Sequence record: MZ956761.1
DNA from: a phage
Strand: one strand, 5' to 3'
Length of the DNA: 64,000 nt
Of this stretch, positions 46,688-56,809 are shown in pieces (position 1 is the stretch's first letter; the number at the start of each line of letters is the position of its first letter). Both the position numbers and the translations under genes were made by a program. The notes below the pieces were generated by a model. The model was not told where the DNA came from and searched no databases. It saw nothing but the letters and a program-made list of their open reading frames with translations.

Positions 46688-46728
46688 ACAACTATCAACT
46701 ACTGATACAGAATTACGGAGATTAGAAA

Positions 46729-47364
46729 ATGTCTAAAGTAACTTACATCATCAAAGCTTCTAACGATGTTCTGAATGAAAAAACTGCTGCGATTTTAATT
46801 ACCATTGCTAAGAAAGATTTCATTACAGCTGCAGAAGTTCGTGAGGTGCATCCAGATTTAGGTAACGCAGTAGTTAATAGTAATATTGGGGTATTGATTA
46901 AAAAAGGCCTGGTGGAGAAATCTGGTGATGGATTAATCATTACAGGCGAAGCTCAGGATATTATTTCAAATGCAGCAACTTTATATGCGCAGGAAAATGC
47001 TCCTGAACTACTGAAAAAACGAGCAACTCGTAAAGCTCGTGAGATTACTTCCGATATGGAAGAAGATAAAGACTTCATGTTAAAACTTTTAGATGAAAAT
47101 GGATTTGTTCTTAAAAAGGTTGAAACTTACCGCAGTAACTATCTTGCTATTTTAGAAAAACGCACTCACGGAATTCGTAATTTTGAAATTAACAACAATG
47201 GAAATATGCGAATTTTTGGATACAAAATGATGGAACATCATATTCAGAAATTTACTGACATCGGAATGTCATGTAAAATCGCTAAAAACGGTAATGTGTA
47301 TCTTGACATTAAACGCTCGGCAGAAAACATTGAAGCAGTAATCACCGTAGCATCTGAACTGTGA
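46729..47364 (+). CDS. motA: middle-transcription activator MotA
   Basis: 211 aa; size and position as T4 MotA. Confidence 0.88.
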   Translation: MSKVTYIIKASNDVLNEKTAAILITIAKKDFITAAEVREVHPDLGNAVVNSNIGVLIKKGLVEKSGDGLIITGEAQDIISNAATLYAQENAPELLKKRATRKAREITSDMEEDKDFMLKLLDENGFVLKKVETYRSNYLAILEKRTHGIRNFEINNNGNMRIFGYKMMEHHIQKFTDIGMSCKIAKNGNVYLDIKRSAENIEAVITVASEL

Positions 47365-47374
47365 GGAATAAATA

Positions 47375-47704
47375 ATGAACAAGTTAGAAATTGTTAATGA
47401 ACTTCGTCGTTGCGCAGAACCTACTCAAGAGGGTTGGGATATTTGGTACCATGGAGCTTATCTTGGAACTATTGTAAAGATTAAGACTGGTAAATACATG
47501 ATTATTCGTGAAAGTAAAGATGCTCCAGTAGGTATTCGTAATAATTTTATGGCAGCGATAAGTTCATTTACTGATGCAGCTTACGAAATTTACCTTGCCG
47601 ATTATAAAGAATTCCAGGAATCTCAACCAGTTATTCGTTCAATTGGTGTTAACAAAGCTCAACAGAAAACTTTGTGGCAACGTATTAAAGGATGGTTTAA
47701 ATGA
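47375..47704 (+). CDS. hypothetical protein
   Basis: 109 aa, ATG after GAGGAATAAAT. Confidence 0.5.
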   Translation: MNKLEIVNELRRCAEPTQEGWDIWYHGAYLGTIVKIKTGKYMIIRESKDAPVGIRNNFMAAISSFTDAAYEIYLADYKEFQESQPVIRSIGVNKAQQKTLWQRIKGWFK

Positions 47705-48162
47705 ACCCATTTATCAATCGTTTAAAAATGTTGAATGTTCCTTTATCTCGTGAAACTCCAGAAAGTCTTGTTGAAAAATTTAAAGCACATGGTTATAAAT
47801 GCACAGAAGAAGATATTCTGAAAGAAGTTCCTGAAATCTGTTGGCAGACTGCGTATTGGGATGAAAACCAAAAGTATCAACGACGAATTGTCTGTGCGGC
47901 CAACCGTTTTAAATTAAAAGATGGACGAACTCTTATTATTCCAGGTGCTCGTCATTATTCTAAAGATATGGCAGAAGTTTTAGATGTAGTTAAACCTCAA
48001 TTAGTTACTCAACAAGTTTGTGATGATGACCAAGGGTTTATTGACCAATATAGTAATTATTGGACACGTGAAGAAGCAATGATTATTGCAACTTACGCTG
48101 GGCAAGTACGTATTGAACGTGGTGGTAATGAAAAAGAACTTTACTCTGAGGACCTTTACTAA
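47701..48162 (+). CDS. hypothetical protein
   Basis: 153 aa, ATGA overlap. Confidence 0.5.
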   Translation: MNPFINRLKMLNVPLSRETPESLVEKFKAHGYKCTEEDILKEVPEICWQTAYWDENQKYQRRIVCAANRFKLKDGRTLIIPGARHYSKDMAEVLDVVKPQLVTQQVCDDDQGFIDQYSNYWTREEAMIIATYAGQVRIERGGNEKELYSEDLY

Positions 48163-48458
48163 TGAATATTAAAAAGTTTCAAATTGATGGAATTATGAAT
48201 CAAATCCAGGCACTGGAATATGCTAATAAAATGATGTCAACTAATTGGGGAATTTATACCAATGAGCCGGGATTTAAGTTCTGTGATATGGAATTCGCCA
48301 AAAAGCTTGTAGGAAAAGATTATGTATGTCCATTTAGTTCTCCGGTAAATGGAATGCTAAAACCTGCTTTACGTGATCTTTATATTGCGATGAACGAAGA
48401 GATGATAAAAGAGCTAAAACGTCAACTGAAGGTGATTCAATTTGGCCAGGGAAATTAA
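48162..48458 (+). CDS. hypothetical protein
   Basis: 98 aa, TAATG overlap. Confidence 0.5.
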   Translation: MNIKKFQIDGIMNQIQALEYANKMMSTNWGIYTNEPGFKFCDMEFAKKLVGKDYVCPFSSPVNGMLKPALRDLYIAMNEEMIKELKRQLKVIQFGQGN

Positions 48459-48660
48459 TTCAAAATCTGATTATTTTAATTCTCTTAATGATAAAGATAA
48501 AAATCTAATACGGCATTTTATCGTTGAGATGGGATATACTGATACACGTGATTTAAGAGAACACATATTTGAATGTGGTGTAGCTAAAAAGTTTTCATTC
48601 ACATGCAAATGCTTGAGAGAGGTAATTCAGCACTATGAACAATTTAGTCGCAAAGCATAA
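48442..48660 (+). CDS. hypothetical protein (start uncertain)
   Basis: ORF-track frame, non-ATG start; first in-frame ATG gives only 43 aa. Confidence 0.3.
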   Translation: MAREINSKSDYFNSLNDKDKNLIRHFIVEMGYTDTRDLREHIFECGVAKKFSFTCKCLREVIQHYEQFSRKA

Positions 48661-48743
48661 TTTTAATAAAGCTTCTGTTCATAAGGATAAGAAGAAAGCG
48701 TTTAAAGAATCTAATCGCAAACAGAAACATAAGGGGAAGGTCT

Positions 48744-49022
48744 ATGATTATTGATTCTCAGTCTGTGGTTCAATACACAATCAAAATTGATATTCTAGAA
48801 AAGCTATATAAGTTTCTACCAAATTTATACCACTCAATTGTTAATGAATTAGTTGAAGAACTACATCTCGAGAATAATGATTTCTTGGTTGGAACTTATA
48901 AAGACCTCTCAAAAGCAGGATATTTTTACGTAATTCCAGCTCCAGGAAAAAGTATTGATGATGTATTAAAAACTATAATGATTTATGTCCATGATTATGA
49001 AATTGAAGATTATTTCGAATGA
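48744..49022 (+). CDS. arn: anti-restriction nuclease Arn
   Basis: 92 aa; matches recalled T4 Arn; ATG after AAGGGGAAGG. Confidence 0.75.
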   Translation: MIIDSQSVVQYTIKIDILEKLYKFLPNLYHSIVNELVEELHLENNDFLVGTYKDLSKAGYFYVIPAPGKSIDDVLKTIMIYVHDYEIEDYFE

Positions 49023-49171
49023 GTCATAATCTTGAAAAGGTAATCGAGCATAATGTAGCTCAGGAACGTAAGTCGTTCAAGGAATTCGTAGAAAAAATTT
49101 TTGAAGAAAATAACACAGACCAGTTTACAAATCACGCGTCTGATGATATTATAACAAAGTCAACTAATTGA
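49019..49171 (+). CDS. hypothetical small protein (50 aa)
   Basis: ATGA overlap with arn; contains asiA promoter-like sequence. Confidence 0.3.
   Translation: MSHNLEKVIEHNVAQERKSFKEFVEKIFEENNTDQFTNHASDDIITKSTN
49120..49153 (+). promoter_or_regulatory. T4 early promoter candidate for asiA
   Basis: GTTTACA -35, 17-nt spacer, TGaTATTAT. Confidence 0.6.
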
Positions 49172-49183
49172 GTGGTATAGTTA

Positions 49184-49456
49184 ATGAATAAAAACATTGA
49201 TACAGTTCGTGAAATTATTACTATTGCATCTATTTTGATTAAATTTTCCAGAGAAGATATTGTTGAAAATCGTGCTAATTTTATTGCATTTCTGAATGAG
49301 ATTGGAGTAACGCATGAAGGTAGAAAATTAAATCAGAATTCATTCCGTAAAATTGTTTCTGAATTAACTCAAGAAGATAAGAAAACCCTCATCGACGAAT
49401 TCAACGAGGGTTTTGAGGGTGTATATCGATATCTAGAGATGTATACGAACAAATAA
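49184..49456 (+). CDS. asiA: anti-sigma70 factor AsiA
   Basis: 90 aa; matches recalled T4 AsiA (MNKNIDTVREIIT...). Confidence 0.95.
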   Translation: MNKNIDTVREIITIASILIKFSREDIVENRANFIAFLNEIGVTHEGRKLNQNSFRKIVSELTQEDKKTLIDEFNEGFEGVYRYLEMYTNK

Positions 49457-50113
49457 TTATTTAGCCCTTCCTAATATTCTGGCCGCCTGAGCACATATTG
49501 ATTCAAGGCGGTCATTACTTATATGATCATTTCTATACCAGTACATGGTTATCGTTCCAGCATAGATATTATCCAAATTAAAATATGGACAACTGTACAT
49601 GTAGTTTATTTCGGGAGTAGGCTTTTTAGTTGGTAAAAAAGCAAATTTTGAGTCAGAATAATAATGACGTCCATTTAAATGAACTGTATATTCATCCATA
49701 GTTTTATCAACAGGATATCCTCCAAGTGATTTTTCAGTTATTGTTGAAGGTAATCTTCCTTCGTATGCTATAATATCAACAAAATAGTTTAAGTTTTTAG
49801 GGCGGAAAGAATACACCGCACTAAAGTCTGCCTCAGATGATATATGAACTATCTGGAGTTGTTCCAGGGCGACAGATTCAAAGCGTGCATTTCTTTCCTT
49901 TTCAATAATTTCACTGTATGTTTCATACTTTGATTGCTTATAGTACTCAAAGAAACTATCTCCCCTATACCAAACAATCGCCATCATAAATAAAAGAATT
50001 ACGACAGCTACCCGGGAAGCAAGAACATTCCCGGTAGCGTTATCTTTGAACAAGCGATCTAGAACACCAAACAGAATATCAGAGGGCGAAAATGATATTC
50101 TAGGTGCTGCCAT
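49457..50113 (-). CDS. t: holin T
   Basis: 218 aa; matches recalled T4 holin (MAAPRISFSPSDILFGVLDRLF...); SD AAGGAGG. Confidence 0.95.
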   Translation of the reverse strand: MAAPRISFSPSDILFGVLDRLFKDNATGNVLASRVAVVILLFMMAIVWYRGDSFFEYYKQSKYETYSEIIEKERNARFESVALEQLQIVHISSEADFSAVYSFRPKNLNYFVDIIAYEGRLPSTITEKSLGGYPVDKTMDEYTVHLNGRHYYSDSKFAFLPTKKPTPEINYMYSCPYFNLDNIYAGTITMYWYRNDHISNDRLESICAQAARILGRAK

Positions 50114-50143
50114 AGACCCTCCTTTTAAGGATATTTATTCAAA

Positions 50144-50935
50144 TTATACTCTTGCACCATATATTGTACCAACTTTAGTCCAAGTTGGAGCATTACCAGT
50201 AACAGCTTTACCTGCTGCGCCACCCGAGTGAACAGTTCCTCCAGTACCACCTTGAATATATGAAGATTTGCCCGCAGCCCCCAAATCTCCACCATCTCCT
50301 CCATGGTGAACCCCAGAAACAGTACCTTTACCAGGAGCAGAAATTGTAGCGGCAGATGCTGCCGCTGCGCCGCCGCCTGCTGCACCCGCTGCACCAAATG
50401 GACGACCTCCGCCGCCACCAAATATCATATCCATCTGGGGGAAAGGATGATATCTAGCACCAGCGCCACCACCACCTCCACCACCGATAATACCATTATT
50501 GTTTATTCTTAAACGAGTTCCAATTCCGTTATTTATTGCAGTTCCTCCTGCTCCACCAGCAGAGTTACTTCCGCCATTTCCTCCTCGACCCAATACATGA
50601 ACACCACTATTAATATTTAAGGTAACATATGCATTAGTTAATGAGCTAGGAAAATCTAAGCATGGTTGACCTGTCGATGAAGAAACGATATTGCCTGTAA
50701 TAGTAATAACAACAGGAGTACTTCCTTGGGCTTTTATCCAATTTATTAGTGTGTCTTTATTATAAGAATTGCTAGCACCAATGCTGTAATATACTTCTTT
50801 AGATTGTCCGGCCATTGAGCTCATCCAACCAGGAACTGAAACACGAACTGCTCTCATCGCAGCATCCATCCAGCGTTGTCCAGTTTCATTCACGGCAGAT
50901 TCACCAATCCAGCCAGGAACACCTACAATTGCCAT
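50144..50935 (-). CDS. 38: long tail fibre adhesin gp38 (T2/T6-type, glycine-rich)
   Basis: 263 aa; poly-Gly motifs between variable segments; directly downstream of gene 37. Confidence 0.85.
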   Translation of the reverse strand: MAIVGVPGWIGESAVNETGQRWMDAAMRAVRVSVPGWMSSMAGQSKEVYYSIGASNSYNKDTLINWIKAQGSTPVVITITGNIVSSSTGQPCLDFPSSLTNAYVTLNINSGVHVLGRGGNGGSNSAGGAGGTAINNGIGTRLRINNNGIIGGGGGGGAGARYHPFPQMDMIFGGGGGRPFGAAGAAGGGAAAASAATISAPGKGTVSGVHHGGDGGDLGAAGKSSYIQGGTGGTVHSGGAAGKAVTGNAPTWTKVGTIYGARV

Positions 50936-50964
50936 TAAAAATCCTTAGAGGGCCGAAGCCCTCT
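50936..50964 (-). terminator. minus-strand terminator/attenuator between genes 37 and 38
   Basis: AGAGGGC-TTCG-GCCCTCT hairpin followed by U-tract on the minus strand. Confidence 0.55.
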
Positions 50965-50965
50965 T

Positions 50966-53900
50966 TTACATAAGTTTAGATTCGAGTTCTTTTACACGAG
51001 AAGAAAGTGTTTTCACAGCTTCAACCAGAAGAGCAATCTGGGCTTGAGAAGAAACAGTGAGTATTTTATTACCCTTGCTATCTTCTGTTTCATGGACGGC
51101 TTCTGGTAAAACGTCTTGCAACGTTTGAGCTATAATACCCGCTTCGGTTTGAACAGGTTCACCGCCTATATATTCAGCTTTGTCATAGATTAAACCATCA
51201 AGTTGCTCAACCCTTTCGAGCGCATTTTTAATAGGTTTAAAATTAGATTTCAAGCGAACATCAGAACGAATATAAACGTTAGGAGCATTGACGTTTTTCT
51301 CGGAATAAACTTCACTTGAGGTGAATCTAACAACTTTAACGTTGTTCGCCCACGCTTCTAAAAGCCCATCGCCTACTTGTCTAAAACCAGTATCACTATC
51401 ACCAATTGCAATGGAGTTACCACCCCAACCGTTGGAGGTATTTACACCAAATGCTCTCGCAGATCCGCATGATAGTATAGGAGCATAAAATGTTCCGTCC
51501 ATATCAAAAGTCCAACGAGCCTGTTGCCCCGATGGGTTGTCGCCACGCATGCGAATAATACCTTGACGCCAAGTACCAGAAACACCTAACCATCCAAATT
51601 CAAATGATTGACGATAGCCCGCGTCAGTTAAAAAACTGTATCCAGAAAATAGCGGGTAATAAGCTTGACTTGTCTTGGAAATGCCACCCGTATTCGCTAA
51701 GAATGCAGAATTGTCGCGAGTCACATCTGAAATAGCAGAAAAGCTAACACTCCATTGTCCGGCAGCTTTAACTCGTGAATTAATGTTTCCATTAATAGTA
51801 ATATCTTTATCAAAAGAAGTATTTTCGCCAAGACGAACAGTACCAGCAGTCATATCGATTGAAAACGGTCGTTTTCCATTCCAATCGCCTTCAGTTGCTT
51901 TATTATCGCCGTCTGAAGAGTTTTTGTCAGTCAGTAAAATATAGAAGTTTCCACCGTCATTTCGAAATAAAACGGAATTAGAACCTGATCTATCAGAATT
52001 ACTCGTAATACGAATACCGGTTTGGTTATTAATAGCAATTTCCGACTCTGCTACATAACGCTTAGAACCATTAGGCGTTTTTTGCAAGTTGTTAAGAACA
52101 CTAGCAACCTGTCCTTGAATAGCCGTCTCAGGAAGTTCAACCGCAGTTTCTGTTGCACCCGGTTGGTCCGTTGCAAATACCTGGTTAATGGTAGCATTAG
52201 GAGTAGCATAATAAGAAACTGCTAGCGCTTGAGCATAAGTACCAACGTTTACATAGATGTCATAAACATCGCCTGATGTATTAACCGTTGCAACATTCTT
52301 AATACCCTGATCGGTATCCATCGACCAAACAACAGCGTTAATACCTTTCGGGTTATTGTTCGAAGTTCTTAAAACAATTTTCGAAGTAACGCATTGGTGT
52401 GGGGTGTTGACATTATAGCCATTACCACCAGCAATTTCGAATGTGACGGTTGAAGTGGATTGTGGCATTGTCACCGTTGCTAATTTGTACCAACCGCCAG
52501 TACCTGAATAAGAAACCATTCGGGTATTGACTTTACGATCTAATGTCGAGTTCAAGTTAGCAAAGTTAGGTAATGAACCACCCGTGATATTACCATCAGT
52601 ACCAATACGAACATTACCAGCACCTAATTTACCAGGAGAGTAAAAATCACCATTTTTATTAAATTCCCAACCTAAATCCTTTATAATTGCGCCAGTAGAA
52701 CCGCCATCGCCACCTTCGTGATAATGAACTCTAAAGTTACCACCATTAATTAAAGTACCAATAGAATAGCAACTATTATTTTGAACGTATCTTTGTTTCA
52801 CAATAGGAACATAAGTGCTTGTATCGGTTCTATCTATATTCATGTAGAACGGAGCACGAACGTTTTCATTATTTTGTGAAGCAAATGAACCTGCACCGGC
52901 TGGGCGAACAGCATCAGTACATTCTGCATCAATGTATGCCGACTGACCTATCTGCATACGGTAATTAGGAGAAATACGACTATGACTAGTAACAACAACA
53001 AGTTTGTTATCATTGTCTACAGTAATCATATTGCCGCCTCTGCCATCATCGCCTAATGTGACAGAATGACGCATGGTGACTTTACCATCACTTAATGCAA
53101 TATAGAACGGGCGTAAATTAGAAATACCACCTGATTCACCAACATTCTGTGGAGTTGGAATAATATAAAGCTTATCTTCAGAACGTCGGAAAATAGCACC
53201 GTATTCAGCATTCCAAATTCTTAATGCATCAGCCGTTCCACCAAATTTAGCTTGTCCGTTTACAGATAATCCATTATTAACATTTAAAGAAGATTCAGTT
53301 GTAATAGAACCAGAAGCAACAATACTACCTGAAGTTAATAAACCACCATTAACTCGAAATTGAATAGGTCCGACAGTAGAACCTGATCCGGGAGCAACTC
53401 GCTGAGAATAAAAATGGTAACCTTGCCCATCTGATACTTCAAAAACTGTTTCACGGGAACGATCTCCAGATGTGTTAAATGAATTACCCCACGCTTTAAC
53501 AGTTACATAGCTTTTATTCTGCCCAGCACGCTTACCACCTTCCCACAAAATTTGCTTAGTGCCGTCAATTGTAGTAGTTGGAGCGAATGTTAGCCCAGCA
53601 GTAGAATTATTAGCTGCTAAATATATGCCGTTATATATTGAAAGCTGCTTAACAGATGTAATACCGCCATCAGCATAAAACATTACATTATTAGAGCCAG
53701 TTACTAGTTTAAGAATACCAGGGTTAACTTCCATGCCTTCTTGGGTATTAATATTAGTTTTGCCTTTACCACGGAAATAGTGGTTCATTTTTCCGCCTGA
53801 GTTATAGCCAATATGTGTCTGACCGTCTCCAGCAGTGTTTTCATCAGCTTGTGTTTGAACTGATAAAAATGCAGCGTTCGTTCCAGGCATAATCCATGTT

Positions 53901-54949
53901 GTACCTTGGTCTTCTGAGCGTCCAAATATTGCTTTGCGAGTACTACGGAAACTATCAGGTGTAATAGATGCCAAAGATAAACCAGAACCAACAAAATCAA
54001 ATACGCCGGTTTTTCTATAAACTAGACCAGTTCCATTATCACCTAAAGCAAGAAATATATTTCCTAGTGCCCCAACATTTCCATAATCGCTTGACGGAAA
54101 CCCTTGCGTCACAGTACCAATGGCCAAGCTATTGCGAATAATCATTCTACCGTCGTTACGAATACCATATAGTTTAAATAACGGTATATTACCAGTCCAC
54201 CAAGAAACTTCATCAGCCAGGCCTGTTTGGGCAGTAACAATTTCATGATAAATTGTACCACCGGACTTAGCGCGAACTTTACGAAGATAGTTTACGCCAT
54301 TTGTTTCACCGGTTCCAGGATAAACATAGTTAACCAAAGATTGTGAATCGTATTGTCCAAATGATTTAGAATCATGATTAATTAAATTAACACTAATAGT
54401 TGGTGTACTAATAGAAGTTAAAGCAGTTAATTTGCGTGCCTGGAAGATACCACCATCGGTAGAAATGAAATGAAATTCTGAATTTTGAGCTCCCGCAGCG
54501 GTTCCTTGACGAACACGCATTGTAATTACGCCTTCATTTTCAGACTGCGGTTTTGAATATAAAACGCCACGTTCTGAGCCATTTGTATTTTCAAACCAAA
54601 GATGGGCATTTGCAGTATCGTTTGTTGCTCTTGCATAAAATGAACCCTGTGTAGATCTGAAAACTTTTGCAGTTACGCCATCAGTAGAACCAATAGGTCC
54701 ATTTATAGTCATTCCACCTGTTTGTACATAATCGCCGTTTAACCTCAAAAGACCATTGATAGTTACATTTCCATCAATTTGACCGCCTTTAGCAATACCT
54801 AGATCAATGATATTTCCTGAATCATCTTTAGTAAAAATTGTTCTATCTTTTAAGTTTATAGCCAATTCACCTTCGGCTAATACTGAAGCAGCAGGACGTG
54901 CACCTGCGGTTTTGCTTCTTTTAAATTGTATTTGTTTTAAAGTAGCCAT
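50966..54949 (-). CDS. 37: long tail fibre distal subunit gp37
   Basis: 1327 aa; conserved N-terminus [16 protein letters not shown]; SD AGAGGA. Confidence 0.93.
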   Translation of the reverse strand: MATLKQIQFKRSKTAGARPAASVLAEGELAINLKDRTIFTKDDSGNIIDLGIAKGGQIDGNVTINGLLRLNGDYVQTGGMTINGPIGSTDGVTAKVFRSTQGSFYARATNDTANAHLWFENTNGSERGVLYSKPQSENEGVITMRVRQGTAAGAQNSEFHFISTDGGIFQARKLTALTSISTPTISVNLINHDSKSFGQYDSQSLVNYVYPGTGETNGVNYLRKVRAKSGGTIYHEIVTAQTGLADEVSWWTGNIPLFKLYGIRNDGRMIIRNSLAIGTVTQGFPSSDYGNVGALGNIFLALGDNGTGLVYRKTGVFDFVGSGLSLASITPDSFRSTRKAIFGRSEDQGTTWIMPGTNAAFLSVQTQADENTAGDGQTHIGYNSGGKMNHYFRGKGKTNINTQEGMEVNPGILKLVTGSNNVMFYADGGITSVKQLSIYNGIYLAANNSTAGLTFAPTTTIDGTKQILWEGGKRAGQNKSYVTVKAWGNSFNTSGDRSRETVFEVSDGQGYHFYSQRVAPGSGSTVGPIQFRVNGGLLTSGSIVASGSITTESSLNVNNGLSVNGQAKFGGTADALRIWNAEYGAIFRRSEDKLYIIPTPQNVGESGGISNLRPFYIALSDGKVTMRHSVTLGDDGRGGNMITVDNDNKLVVVTSHSRISPNYRMQIGQSAYIDAECTDAVRPAGAGSFASQNNENVRAPFYMNIDRTDTSTYVPIVKQRYVQNNSCYSIGTLINGGNFRVHYHEGGDGGSTGAIIKDLGWEFNKNGDFYSPGKLGAGNVRIGTDGNITGGSLPNFANLNSTLDRKVNTRMVSYSGTGGWYKLATVTMPQSTSTVTFEIAGGNGYNVNTPHQCVTSKIVLRTSNNNPKGINAVVWSMDTDQGIKNVATVNTSGDVYDIYVNVGTYAQALAVSYYATPNATINQVFATDQPGATETAVELPETAIQGQVASVLNNLQKTPNGSKRYVAESEIAINNQTGIRITSNSDRSGSNSVLFRNDGGNFYILLTDKNSSDGDNKATEGDWNGKRPFSIDMTAGTVRLGENTSFDKDITINGNINSRVKAAGQWSVSFSAISDVTRDNSAFLANTGGISKTSQAYYPLFSGYSFLTDAGYRQSFEFGWLGVSGTWRQGIIRMRGDNPSGQQARWTFDMDGTFYAPILSCGSARAFGVNTSNGWGGNSIAIGDSDTGFRQVGDGLLEAWANNVKVVRFTSSEVYSEKNVNAPNVYIRSDVRLKSNFKPIKNALERVEQLDGLIYDKAEYIGGEPVQTEAGIIAQTLQDVLPEAVHETEDSKGNKILTVSSQAQIALLVEAVKTLSSRVKELESKLM

Positions 54950-54957
54950 AAGTCCTC

Positions 54958-55623
54958 TTAATAATAGCCGAAATCTTGAACAGAATCCTTAATTACGATT
55001 TGATCAAATCGTGGAACGTGTGAGGGTTGAGATGCGGGATTCTGTGAGAAAAAGTTTGGCGCTGTTAAATTACCTATCATAGTGTCGCCAGAACGCAACA
55101 CTCTAGAGTTCGCATTTGCCGTAACAGTATTTATTGCTCCATCAACATAGTCCTTTCTAGTAAGGTCATTCGCTGCTATAGGAGCAGCCGCATCACTTCT
55201 TACTTGACCAGCTGCCGATACAACACCTTTTGTGTTAATATCACCATTACGTGCATTAATTACAACAGTTCGAGCTGCTGAACCTTGCGATGATTTAAAA
55301 CCAATACCATTCCACGAAACAATATCGATATTTGCTACAGCAAAAGTAGCATTATCACCGTTACCTGGATAAATACCGCATGGGTTTGTGTTGTTTACAG
55401 CATATGGGACTTGGACGCCGCCGTTAAATGTTACCTTTGATGCATAAGTACCACCATTAGCTTTAGAAACGAAATCGTTATCAGCAGCTTGTGGTTTATT
55501 ATATTCTGAATATATTTTAAATGATTTATAGAGTACATCGTCACCGGCTGGATTCAATGGAAAATTTCCTTGATGCCAAATGACAGAGCCTCCAGTTGTT
55601 GAACCTACTTTTAAATCAGCCAT
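54958..55623 (-). CDS. 36: long tail fibre hinge subunit gp36
   Basis: 221 aa; T4 size and synteny. Confidence 0.9.
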   Translation of the reverse strand: MADLKVGSTTGGSVIWHQGNFPLNPAGDDVLYKSFKIYSEYNKPQAADNDFVSKANGGTYASKVTFNGGVQVPYAVNNTNPCGIYPGNGDNATFAVANIDIVSWNGIGFKSSQGSAARTVVINARNGDINTKGVVSAAGQVRSDAAAPIAANDLTRKDYVDGAINTVTANANSRVLRSGDTMIGNLTAPNFFSQNPASQPSHVPRFDQIVIKDSVQDFGYY

Positions 55624-55646
55624 TGTATGCCCCTTTATTTTAATAG

Positions 55647-55654
55647 TATTTATA
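55647..55654 (-). promoter_or_regulatory. late promoter (TATAAATA) for gene 36
   Basis: exact TATAAATACTATT on minus strand about 24 nt upstream of gene 36 ATG. Confidence 0.75.
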
Positions 55655-55660
55655 AAGAAA

Positions 55661-55685
55661 AAGGGAGCCCGAAGGCTCCCTCAAT
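55661..55685 (-). terminator. minus-strand rho-independent terminator after gene 35
   Basis: GGGAGCC-TTCG-GGCTCCC hairpin followed by U-tract on the minus strand. Confidence 0.7.
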
Positions 55686-56801
55686 TTATACTTCTCTAAA
55701 TTCTTGCCCAAACACTTTACCAGTTTTAGACGATGCTTGTGTAGGAAGTACCATTATATCCGGAGGTGAAGCAGATTCACAGATATAATTAACTCGAATA
55801 CCGTTGACGCCAAATTCAGCGGGTTTTGAAATGCCGCCATTTCTTGATACTTCAGAAAAGCTTAAATTTCTCATGCCACCTTGGCCAGCTTGTGCAGTTC
55901 TCTGTGCGTATATCGTAAATCCTACTGCGTTTTCTGGAACAACTACATAATCTTCCTTTAATTCCCATGACCCAGCTTGCCCAGTAAATTCAGCTTGTGT
56001 CGAGGAAATATATCCATTTGATGCATTATAAAATCGAATGGATATATTCGTAGTTCCAAGAGCAAGTAAATCGGCATCAGCATATAACTGAGCTTTAAGA
56101 TAAAGAACATCACCAGGAATTAAATTATAATCAGATAATTTACTTATAGCAGCTGAAGTTGGTAGACGCGCAATTTCGTTATTAGTTCCACCAACAGCTG
56201 ACATAAATTGCTCAACGCTTTCATACGTTCTTCTTGGAAACCCGGTAGCTCCGACATCTTCTAAACTGTCAAATACTACATCTAAAATAGTTTGATAATC
56301 ATCTGTGCTTTTTCTATTACTCAGTTTAACATGCTCTAATGCAATAGCTCTTTTAGAAGAAGTATAAAAAGCAGCATATGATACGTCGAATCTTGACAAT
56401 ATAGAGTCAGATGGAAAAGCAGACGTTCCGGCGGTTCTTAACCAAGATACTACTTCAGGAGGAAAATTAACCTTTCCGTTAGTTAATATAGCAACAATTC
56501 GATTATTCGTCAAAGAATTCATGAAACTAACAAAAGCAGCTGATGTAGTATCATTTGAAGTAGAAAAAGCATATGACTTACTATCAACTAATGCTCCTGT
56601 GGAAGGGTCAAAAACTCTTAAATGAAGACCTGTGCTAAATGTTTGACTTCCTACAGGATTATCTTGAAATTTAACGTATGGCCCTGCAGTAGAAAGCGGG
56701 CAAGAACCCGCTATGCTTATTTTATATCTTACTGAATTGCTTTCCGATAAAAACGGCGTTTGGACATATCCTTGTCCAAACTCTGCCATAAATTTTTCCA
56801 T
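55686..56801 (-). CDS. 35: long tail fibre hinge connector gp35
   Basis: 371 aa; T4 size and synteny. Confidence 0.9.
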   Translation of the reverse strand: MEKFMAEFGQGYVQTPFLSESNSVRYKISIAGSCPLSTAGPYVKFQDNPVGSQTFSTGLHLRVFDPSTGALVDSKSYAFSTSNDTTSAAFVSFMNSLTNNRIVAILTNGKVNFPPEVVSWLRTAGTSAFPSDSILSRFDVSYAAFYTSSKRAIALEHVKLSNRKSTDDYQTILDVVFDSLEDVGATGFPRRTYESVEQFMSAVGGTNNEIARLPTSAAISKLSDYNLIPGDVLYLKAQLYADADLLALGTTNISIRFYNASNGYISSTQAEFTGQAGSWELKEDYVVVPENAVGFTIYAQRTAQAGQGGMRNLSFSEVSRNGGISKPAEFGVNGIRVNYICESASPPDIMVLPTQASSKTGKVFGQEFREV

Positions 56802-56809
56802 AATACCTC

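Noticed and set aside
15448-46731. Possible CRISPR-like array suggested by recurring near-identical short sequences
   Set aside because: The repeats are tens of kilobases apart, not regularly spaced, and contain promoter -10 and SD elements; they are promoter/leader cassettes, not a CRISPR array.
50114-50143. Late promoter for holin t (AATAAATA on minus strand)
   Set aside because: Only 7 of 8 matches to TATAAATA; not confident enough to annotate without transcript data.
50125-50512. ORFs 50125-50421 (minus) and 50303-50512 (plus) within gene 38
   Set aside because: They are alternative frames through the GC-rich glycine-codon repeats of gp38 and are low-complexity artefacts.
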